Assembly (NCBI RefSeq): GCF_018977255.1
Contig: NW_024704743.1
Coordinates: 103,170,001 to 103,234,000 of the forward strand
Source of the DNA: Callorhinchus milii
Lineage: Eukaryota
Direction: 5' to 3'
Length of the DNA stretch: 64,000 nt
The notes under the pieces are model-generated. The model saw only the letters and a list, made by a program, of their open reading frames with translations, had not been told where the DNA came from and did no database searches. A program made the position numbers and the translations under genes. This document shows, piece after piece, positions 24,761-34,630 of the stretch. Within the stretch, counting starts at the first letter, position 1. The number at the start of each line of letters is the position of its first letter.

Positions 24761-26316
24761 TTGTTGTTGGCCAGAACATCAGGAAAAACACCCTTCACTT
24801 TTCAAATAGTGCCACTTTATGAACAAAGTGGCCCTTAAAATCATCTTTTGCTGCATCCCTTATTAAACGTGGTGAATGGCCAATTAATCTGGAAGGGTTG
24901 TTGGTCAGAATATGCAGAGAAACTCTGTTTTTTTACAGTAATCAGGTAAAGCTCAAGGCTACTTATATAGAATATCTGTCATTTGTAATAATACAAATAA
25001 AGATTATTATTTGAATATCACAACTAAAATTATATTTCTAATTTTTTTAAGTGCTTATAATAATCCTTGCATTTGATAGAGTACCTTTCATGAAGACGTC
25101 TCAAAGCATGTCACAGGATTTACTGTAATATGTAGTGACTGTACTTTGCAGACGAAAGAGACAGCTAATTTGCACACACCAATGACCTAAAGACAGCCAT
25201 GAAGTGATAGACCAATTTTATTTTGTGCTTAGTCATTGCAGTGTGATCATCTGGCACTTTCAGTTTTCTATCTGAAAGGATATTGAACATAATAAAAGAG
25301 TATCATTCAAGACAATTACACCCTAGAGGGAGGAAGTCACATTCAGTGAAAAATTTGGCTTCTTCACATGTGATTTGTCTCAGAAGGAGAACATAATACA
25401 ATGCTATCAGAATAATAGCACAGAATATGTAGGTCAGGTCTTAATCCCAGCTGCGTCAGTGAGTAAGAAAGAGCCAAGGTGTATGATCGCTGAAGTGATG
25501 GGAAATTGGCAAGTGAGCTGCGTTCATATAACTCCTGTGCAGTTTCTGACATTTCTTATTAAATGTGGTGAATGGCCACATTCACCACACTTAATAAAGC
25601 AGAGGGGTATTGAAAGGTCCACTGGGCCATCTGCTCTCACAGCTTCATGACTGGGGATACGAGGGAAAAATCAGATAAGGAGAATGTATAGGAAATATCC
25701 TCTAAAAAAATCTAAATCTTTAGACTTTTTTTAAAAAAAACATCAAGGATCCATATACCAAGTGATTGGTTGATTCAATTCTGCCCTTGTGCAAATAACT
25801 GTGGATTCAGCAGGCAGCAAAGTGCAAATGAATTTTTTAATGCATCACATTTCATACGCTTGTAAAATTGCCACAAATTGAAGCCATTTCTAAAACCAGC
25901 TGGAATACCATTGATTATCAAACAAAATTGTGTTCCAATCTCAGTGATACATGTTTTAACTCTTAAACATGAGGATTGTTTAGATGCAGACTGAATGGAA
26001 TGGGAGATACTTCTGACGGTTACCATATGAAAGGACAACTGTGAATTTGTATTCTTGGGATATCTCATTCTGACATTCCACAATGTAAACAATTATAACT
26101 TAACACTTTGATAGCTGTGTCATCATTTTAGCTCTTCTTGTGTACAATTTTTCACTGGATACAAATACGCAGTATTTTTGCCTACAATATCATATTATAA
26201 TTCAATTGATATTCTCCTACAAATACACAGTAACTGCACTTTACAGCCAACCTTCTGAAGCACTTTGACGTTTCAATGATGATTCACCAAAATGCCAATT
26301 GCAGAGATTGTTTACT

Positions 26317-26536
26317 ATATTCACACAAGAAATGGAAAGCTTATTTTGTGATTTTCGAAGGTCAACAAAAATGGCTAAAAAGTGAACCACTATCTCCAGT
26401 CTGATCTCCAGCTATTTCTGAAAGACGCCAAAGTGCCTTTCAAAAATAGTTGCCCCAGGCTGACCACATATTACGATCGTTGCCACAGGCCTTCAAGAAG
26501 ACTGAAATTGGTGCTTCCCATTCCCTTTGTGAATAT
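26317..26536. mobile_element. Decayed palindromic MITE-like element, about 220 bp
   Basis: Outer arms atattcacacaagaaatggaaagc / gcttcccattccctttgtgaatat; inner arms cagctatttctgaaag / ctttcaaaaatagttg; common centre near 26430. Confidence 0.65.
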
Positions 26537-26559
26537 TGAAAATTGAAGCCTATTGCTCC

Positions 26560-26872
26560 TCTTGAAAAAGAAGTTTAGGAGGAGCTTCTTTACATAGAGG
26601 GCAGTGAGTATGTGCAACCCACTTCAGAAAGCTCAGGTTAAAAGAGAAAGCATCAACATATTTAGCAGGAAATGTGATGCATACATGAGGGAGAATGGAA
26701 TACAGGAGTATAGGAGAGAGGATTAGGAAGGCTACAGGCTGGTATAAATGCAATTATTTAAGCACTACAAGAAGTGTGAAGGAGGCTGTATAAATTTGAG
26801 TTGTTGTATATAAAAATCAGCACAAACTAGTTAGGCCGATTGGCCTGTTTCCGTGCTGTAACACTATGTAAA
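26560..26872 (+). mobile_element. CR1 3' fragment
   Basis: ttctttacatagagggcagtgagtatgtgcaac (FF..R.V..WN-like) and terminal ggccgattggcctgtttccgtgctgtaa. Confidence 0.65.
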
Positions 26873-27297
26873 TGATTTGGTCAATTCCCTTTTAAGGTTT
26901 CTCTCGCATTCTATTGCCAATTAAATTGACAAATTCTTTGCATCAAAGATGAATTCTCAATGCTGACATCTGTGAAACTGGGTCCCACATCACTCTTCCA
27001 GCTTTGCAGACCATGGCATTCAATTCCCAAACATTTTTGTTAGTCAAAATCAGCATTAACCCTGCTGACCAGAATCATACAGCACAATTTGTGAGCAGGA
27101 AGATGAACACACAAGATGAAAAGCTTGACAGGCATCAACACTGAGAATTCTTTCAAGGGTTTGTTCCTGGTATATCAAAGTAGGTCCATTTATAAGTTTA
27201 ACTCACAAGTTAGATCTCAAAGTCTTAGAGTCAATGCCACTTTTTGAACAATAAACATTCCAAGGATCCTTACCATCCATCTGAAGAACAGGCAGCT

Positions 27298-27551
27298 CCT
27301 TGGGCAAGTTTACTTACTCCACACTCCTAATAATAATCCCTCCAAAAAAAACAATAATAAATTGGTCATTTTCAATCCACGACTGTTTGTGGGACTGCTG
27401 TGCACAATTGGCTGCCGTGTTTTGCCCACAAGCATATGGTCAATTCTACTTTACAGCATATTCTGTGAAGCGCTTTGAGACGTCTAAAAGATGTGAAAAG
27501 CGCTATATCAAATGCAAGGATTATTATTATTATGATTATTATTATTATTAT
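27298..27551 (+). mobile_element. Young tRNA-SINE lacking its head
   Basis: Collinear with 29786-30041. Confidence 0.9.
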
Positions 27552-27552
27552 C

Positions 27553-27683
27553 CACTGCGACATGAGACTGGGAAAACTGCACTGCAATGTGAAACTGGGG
27601 AGGATTCTCAAACCAATGTGAGGCTGGAGAGGATTCTCACCCCAATGTGAGACTGGTGTATACTGTGCTGCAATGTTAGATTG
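27553..27683 (+). repeat. Minisatellite, 28-29-bp period, about 4.5 units
   Basis: caatgt(g/t)a recurs at 27585, 27614, 27643 and 27671. Confidence 0.8.
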
Positions 27684-27859
27684 TGCATGATGAAACTAAA
27701 ATGGTCTATTCCAGAGGGGATATCACTTTTAACTGAACCAGCAGGAGTAAGCTTGCTATTGACTGAAGCACATGGACATCTGCACCAAATACTTAATCAC
27801 ACAGGTGAGCTTGTAGTTCATTAAACGCTTCCCTTTCTTGCTCAACATTACAGAGATAT

Positions 27860-28358
27860 GCTTCGCGACCACATCACTCCCACCCTTGCTCGCCTCCACT
27901 GGCTCCCCATTCCCCAGAGGATCGAATTCAAGATCCTCATCCTCACCTACAAGGCCATTCCCGGCCTTGCTCCCTCCTACCTCTCTGACCTACTATCCCC
28001 CTACCTTCCTGCCCATACCCTCCATTCCTCTGGCTCCGGTCTGCTCCACGTCCCCCGCCCCAACCGCCCTACCATCGGTGGCCGGGCCTTCAGCCTCTCA
28101 GCCCCTAGGCTCTGGAACTCCATTCCCCAGTGCCTTCGCCTTGCTTCCTCCCTTTCCTCCTTCAAGGCCGGTCTCAAGACCTTTCTCTTTGACCGTGCCT
28201 TCAGCTCCCTCTCGACTCTCTACCCCCTCCTCGCTCCCTTCCTTCCCTCCCCTCACCCTGACCATTTCCCCCCTGCCCGGTTCCTGACCCAACTGTACAG
28301 CGCCTTGGGACATCCTCCCGACGTGAAAGGCGCTCTATAAATGGAATCTTGTTGTTGT
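27860..28358 (+). mobile_element. Young L2 3' fragment
   Basis: Open frame LRDHITPTLARLHWLPIPQRIEFKILILTYKA...RAFSLSAPRLWNSIP...FKAGLKTFLF; CpGs retained; (TTG)n tail. Confidence 0.95.
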
Positions 28359-29321
28359 ATTTAAGTGTAACCTGACCCTATTGCATGTTAGAAAATCAGT
28401 GCAGGGACATGTGCTGATTAGATGTGAAGGCTTCAAGGCAGGGGTCAAGATGTTTAATCAACGGACAGAAGATGTGCTTTGCACATACGATTACAGAATA
28501 ATGTAGGTTACTGCCATTGGATAACAGGATTCAATTTTGAGAACAACAGTTTCCATGGTAGCTCTGCAACAGTTCACAAGATTTTCTTCTGTTTTATTTT
28601 GCAAACTGATCCACTTGATAAATTTGCCAATCCATTTCCACATTTCCAAAGGGAAGAGGATACTACACAACATTCACACAATACAAAGTAAGATAGTTGT
28701 CAACCGGCTTGTTGGTGTAATATAGACATCCTAAATGTCACGGCACACTCTTTCATAAGATATAAAATTAATCAAATAATAATCTAACACATACTTTCTC
28801 TTCCAAAGATTTGTGGTGATAGAGTGAAATATACCAATGATAGAATGGAACGCTTCCATTTGCATACCATCTAAACACAATCCAAAACAGTCCACATAAC
28901 TTAAGCATGTTGCATCTCTCGATGGTGAGTTTTTATTCCAAACATAGAGAAATTTCCATGCGTAGGTGGCATGCATATGTGGAACTCAGTCTGCATTGAA
29001 TTCTCTTAAACAAGGTATGATTTTGTGCAATGGTCAGACAGTAAACTGCAATAAAGGCAACTGAGAATAAATAGGGATTGCAATGTGGTATTTGAAAACT
29101 GCTTTAATGGGTACTTTCGGTTTGTGATAACCATTTTAGGCCATCAGTGAATTTCACAATTCCAGTCCTAAAACAGAAGTTGCTTTTAGCTGAGCCAATT
29201 CTAGTTTGTAAATTCCACATTCACAATTTCAATGTACTTCAAACTGATTATTTGTAAAGGAGCATTGAAGAAAGAGGAAATATGCTAATGTGAAGTAAAA
29301 TGCTTCTGTTATGGACTTACA

Positions 29322-30085
29322 ATAATAATATCACAATCCTTGCATTTGATATATTGCCTTTCATGTCAGGAGGACTTCTCAAAGCACATCATAGGATTTA
29401 CTGTAAAATCTAATGACTGTATGTTTTGCAGTGTATGTAGCACCCAATTTGTGCATAGCAATGCCACAGAAACATCTATGAATTAATGATAAATTTAATA
29501 TGGGGAATTTGTGGCCAGCATAACAGGACAGACACCTTGCTGTTTTCAAGAAAATACCGAGAGATCTTTAAAGTCCACATGGACAGATTGACAAGACACT
29601 TGTTTAATGTCTCAACCAAAGGACGGCATCTACAACAAGGCAGCGCTCCCCCAGCACTGTGCAATGGTGTCAGCAGAGACTGTGTTTAAAGTCTCGCCAT
29701 GGGGTTTAACCATAACCTGGAGTCCTGTAGCTCAGTGGTTAGAGCACTCGCTTTGCAAGTGAGAGACCTGAGTTCAATTCCAGGCAGGGCGAAACCTTGG
29801 GCAAGTTTCCTTACTCCACACGCCTAATAATAATCCCTCCAAAAACCAAAAACAATAATAAAATTGGTCATTTTCAATCTACGACTGTTTGTGGGACATT
29901 GCTGTGCGCAATTGGCTGCCGCGTTCGCCCACAAATGTACAGTCAATTCACTTTACAGTGTGTTCTGTGAAGCGCTTTGGGACGTCCTCCCGACGTGAAA
30001 AGCGCTATATCAAATGCAAGGATTATTATTATTATTATTATATAACCTTCTGAATCACAGGCAAGATTGCAACCGAATAGGCAAA
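29322..30085 (-). mobile_element. Old Deu-domain SINE interrupted in its head by a young SINE
   Basis: Reverse Deu-like centre at 29510-29690; the head resumes after 30042 (aaccttctgaatcacaggcaag). Confidence 0.75.
29719..30041 (+). mobile_element. Young full-length tRNA-derived SINE with L2-type tail
   Basis: A-box tagctcagtgg, B-box gagttcaattcc, anticodon-like loop TTTGCAA, tail shared with L2, (ATT)n; target duplication ataacct (29712-29718 / 30042-30048). Confidence 0.95.
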
Positions 30086-30407
30086 ACTGAAACCTCTATT
30101 TGAGAAGTTATTATGTAGAACCTTTCTTACAAGGAAATTTTAAGACAATAGCCCTGGAAATTACACTGACCAGAAGCATGGATTTTTTGAGAGAAGTTTA
30201 ATAATTATACAATTTACTCCCTTAAAAAACAACTAAAACTGCAACCAGTTAAGATCTTCATATACAACTCCAGTCATCGTGGTTAAGTCTTTTTCTAACT
30301 CTTGTTCTGCAAAGTTTCTACACCACCAACAATCCATCGTATACAGTAAACTTAAAATTGTTACAAAATAATACCCCTAACCATCCAAAATATAGCACAG
30401 ATGAAAA

Positions 30408-30727
30408 TAATAATAGATAATAATAATCCTTGAATTTGATATAGCAGTTTTCACATCTTTTTGGACATCTCAAAGCACTTCCCAGAATATGCTGTAAAGT
30501 GAATTGACCGTATATTTGTGGGCGAAACATGGCAGCCAATTGCGTACAGCAGTGTCCCACATACAGTCGTGGATTGAAAATGACCAATTTATTATTGTTT
30601 TTTTTTAGAGGGATTATTATTAGGCGTGTGGAGTAAGGAAACCTGCCCAAGGTTTCGCCCTGCCTGGAATTGAACCCAGGTGTCTCGCTTGCAAGGCAGG
30701 TGCTCCAACCACTGATCTACAGGACTC
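30408..30727 (-). mobile_element. Young tRNA-SINE, full length
   Basis: Reverse complement of the 29719 family. Confidence 0.9.
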
Positions 30728-30759
30728 TACAAAATGGTAGCTGGCTGGCATCACTGAAT

Positions 30760-31110
30760 GTTATAGCACAGAAACAAGCCATTCACCCCATTAATTATTT
30801 TCTGCACATAAATCACCTAATATAATCCACTCTCTTGTTTAAAAGCTTCAAGATAATTCCCTTTTAAAGTTACAGGCTCTCCTTGAACATTGCTCTGTGG
30901 CAGTGTATTCCATATTTGAGTCACCCTTTCTACCAAGGACCTTTTTTTAAGATCCCTTTTTATTAATTTTATTATCTTAAATGTGTGCCCTCTCATTACA
31001 GATTTGCAGATCAGGCGAATTAATCGGTTGCTATTTGTTGACAATCTGTTGCCAATTGCTAATCTGTTGCTACCACAACCGTTCATAATCTTCTATCATG
31101 TCACCCCCTT
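30760..31110 (-). mobile_element. Old CR1 3' fragment
   Basis: Minus strand RGHTFKI...ERVTQIWNTLP. Confidence 0.65.
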
Positions 31111-31181
31111 GACTTACTCAATTTTATTGAAGACAATTAACTTCTGAAGTCACTCCAAATAAGAGAGTATGACAAAAGAAC

Positions 31182-31345
31182 CATAGAATCATAGAATTAT
31201 ACAGCACAGAAGGAGGCCATTCGGCCCATTGTGTCTGTGCCGGCTCTTTGAAAAGAGATACCCAAATCAATCCAACTCTCCCACTCTCGCCACATAGCCC
31301 TGAAAACTTGTCCTCCCCAAATAATTATTTACTTCTCCCTTAAAA
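31182..31345 (-). mobile_element. CR1 3' end
   Basis: catagaatcatagaattatacagcacagaaggaggccattcggccc, the same terminus type as 20838. Confidence 0.85.
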
Positions 31346-33459
31346 GTTGTTATCAAATCGGCAAATAGCAAATAGAAATAGCATTGGCCATAAGAGCTTT
31401 GAACCACCAATCAGTCCCTTGTCTGCACTGAAACAAGTGTAATGAGCTTTTTAGAAGGATACAGTAAAATGAAATATTTTTAAAAAACTTTCTCCATATA
31501 AAGATTGAAAACAAGAAGAATATTTTTGTGAAGTTGGAACAGGTGGTTATTTAAGATAATGATAACTGGAGAAGATTAACACCTCACAGCGGATAGATTC
31601 CTCTATAGAACAGAAAGTGTGTTGATATATTTTCTGCTTTCACACAGATAAATGTTACATCAAATAATGTGTAACACATCGGTCTCTCTCTCAGCTTATT
31701 GAATTGAAAAGGATGAAAAAGATAAACTCTTCATCTCATGTTACAAGTCGATAGAACAATAAGCTCAAAGGAGGTATAACAAAAGGAAAGTTTAGCAGTT
31801 CTCAAAAATGAACCCAAGAATGTGGAAGTAAGCCAAGGCACATTGTAGAATAAAATTCGAAATTATTTATTTCAAAATTTTTCTGTATAATTGGCATAGA
31901 TATTTAAACTAAAAACAACATAATAATCTTATTGTACTGGATCATTAGAAATCACCAGGGCTGTAATTAAAAATTAAACTACTCTAAAGATCTCCAAATA
32001 CTCTGCTTTCAAGACAATGGATTTTTCTTTCTTGAAAGCAATCCATTTCAGCACGCATCAAGCACCTAAAGCGCAGGGCAGGCTGTGAAGAGTTTTAAAT
32101 TGCAATGTGATGCCAATACGTTTTGAAACATTATATGAAATTCAGAATAAATTGGCGCATCAGCCTGTAATCCCATCGTAAACTCACTCCTTCATGAAAA
32201 ATACCATCTCTTGGCAACAACAATGTAACACTCCAAAATGGATTGGTTTCATCCACAGTCGAGAAATATATAGACCCTGATTTCAGATTGCTCCACCGTG
32301 CAACTAAGAAGATTTCAAGGGTGCTGGATAGTCGAGGATTTGTACCTGAGGTGGGGGCTGGATTCGAGAGAGGTGACCCATCACAGCATATACTGAGTTG
32401 TGTACTGCTGCTATTAAGGAACACACTTTGTCGCTGATATTAAACTGGCCTGCAAGTCACTCAGCATGATGAGAAGCAGGAGATGATGATAAATGGACAA
32501 CCTTGTGTTTGGCCAGTGACTGGTGGGATATTATGAGTGTCCTACTGTTTTCAATCTTTCATTTTCAATCCTGCATTTTACTATCTGCTCACAACATTCA
32601 TTATAACTCAAAGAACATTTCTGGTAATATTTTTAAATATTAATCCTTGCATTTGACACAGTGCCTAATCATATCATCAACATATCTCATTTACTGTCCA
32701 TTACAGTGACTGTGCATTCATAAGTAAACACAGCAGTCAATTTGTGCAGAACAATGTCCTACAAACAGCAATGTAGTGATGAAGGGGTGTCCGCTACCAG
32801 AGCTAAAGAATGAGTTGGACTTGGAAGTGATTATCGATCTGTCACTGAGGAATTTCAGTCAATGTGAGCTGTTATCCACAGAGCTAAGCAAATGATTTGT
32901 TGCATCTGAAGACCATTGACTGTCACTCAACATTAGTTACTGTAACTGTATTGATCACCCATAAAGCGTATGTGAAATATTGGAGGTAAATTTAATGTGT
33001 GTCATTATAATTAGCACAAGGACAGAATTTGTAATTCTGTGCATTTCATATTTAACCACTTTGTGCAGCTGAACAACTCTGGCTTTCTGAAGAAATGTAT
33101 CTCCCAACAACTAATCCACTGGTTTGCAGCAAATACCTGGCAAAGAAGCAGTGCTCTTTCCTAGGCTTTCATTGGTGGCCCATCTGTGTACAGTTCCAAA
33201 AATAGTTCCAGAACTAAAAAGTATAAGTTGAAAAGCTGTTCTAGTGACAAGAATTCAAAATCAAATACCCCGGCTTTTAAAAAGCAAAGTGGTGTTAATG
33301 ACATGTGAAGAGCGAGCAGGAACAGGAGCTCTAATTTCAGAAGGGTGTCCAGTTCAAACTCATCTTTGGTCAGCATTGGTCACAATGGATTGCACATTGT
33401 TCCTTTGATAATTATCAGCAATGCATGCTGCAAATTTCTCCCCAATTGAGGTAAAGTAG

Positions 33460-34320
33460 AATAATAATTATCCTTGCATTTGATATAGGGCCTTATCACA
33501 TCTTCTAGACCCACCCTCGCTCGCCTCCACTGGCTCCCCATCCCCCAGAGGATCGAACTCAAGATCCTCACTCTCACCTACAAGGCCATTCACGGCCTTG
33601 CTCCCTCCTACCTCTCCGACCTACTATCCCCCTACCTGCCTGCCCGTACCCTCCGTTCCTCTGGCTCCGGTCTGCTCCACATCCCCCGCCCCAACCGCCC
33701 TACCATCGGTGGCCGGGCCTTCAGCCTCTCAGCCCCGAGGCTCTGGAACTCTATTCCCCAGTGCCTTCGCCTTGCCTCCTCCCTTTCCTCCTTCAAGGCC
33801 GGTCTCAAGACCTTTCTCTTTGACCGTGCCTTCAGCTCCCCTCTCGACTCTCTTCCCCCTCCTCGCTCCCTCCCTTCTCTCCCCTCACCCTGACCATTCC
33901 CCCCTTACTCGGGTCCCGACCCAACTGTACAGCACCTTGGGACGTCCTCCCGACGTGAAAGGCGCTCAATAAATGGAATCTTGTTGTTGTTGTTGTCTTA
34001 AAGCGCCTCACAGAATATACTGTAAAGTGAATTGACTGTATATTTTGTGGGTGAAACATGGCACTAAATTAAGCACAGCAGTGTACCACAAACAGTCGTG
34101 GAATAATTGACTAATTTATTTATTTATTATAATTTTTTTGAAGGATTTATTATGCCCATAAAAGTGATCCACCAGTCGACGAACAACCGGGTTCCTACTT
34201 ACTGCTAGGTAAACAGAGGCATGTGCAGTAAAGAAACTTGTTCAGCATTTTGCCCTGCCAGGAATCGAACCCAAGTCTCTCACTTGCGAGACGAGTGCTC
34301 AAACCACTAAGCTACAGGAT
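33460..34320 (-). mobile_element. Young SINE (long variant) split by an L2 insertion
   Basis: Tail at 33460-33509; remainder resumes near 33996 (tcttaaagcgcc) through the head ending gctacagga. Confidence 0.85.
33510..33995 (+). mobile_element. Young L2 3' fragment
   Basis: Nearly identical by eye to 27880-28358. Confidence 0.95.
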
Positions 34321-34562
34321 AATGAAGTATGATGGGCTGCTTTCTCCTCATTGACACTCCAAATAAGGTTTCTTGTACTTTTTGCCCAACAGTGTTGTGG
34401 AAAGCTATCCCTCTACATTGCACTGCACTGTACCACCTAAATATAAACCTCTTTGGTGCACCTAAGATCATCTCCGTCCCCTTCTCCCTTGCTCGTAACC
34501 TGATCTTATCTTTGTCAAGTGCTCCAAGACATTATCCCATGTGAAAGGTGCTATGCAAATAC

Positions 34563-34630
34563 TCAGCGCCTTGGGACGTCCTCCCGACGTGAAAGGCGCT
34601 CAATAAATGGAATCTTGTTGTTGTTGTTGT
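34563..34630 (+). mobile_element. Very short young L2 tail inserted in an older L2 tail
   Basis: cagcgccttgggacgtcctcccgacgtgaaaggcgctcaataaatggaatc(ttg)n. Confidence 0.85.

Noticed and set aside
27553..27683. CRISPR-like constant/variable periodicity
   Set aside because: Variable parts are about 15 nt and resemble each other, there are no cas genes, and the context is a vertebrate intron. It is a minisatellite.
27858..28340. L2 ORF2 reading through the 3' stem-loop (no 3' UTR)
   Set aside because: This copy has one fewer C (ctccctctc) than the copies at about 33836 and 63890 (ctcccctctc), so the extension looks like a private frameshift.
29719..29793. tRNA-Ala(TGC) gene
   Set aside because: The cloverleaf-like head runs into SINE body and tail, has an irregular T-arm, no adjacent oligo-T terminator, and sits within a target duplication. 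The same applies to the other copies.
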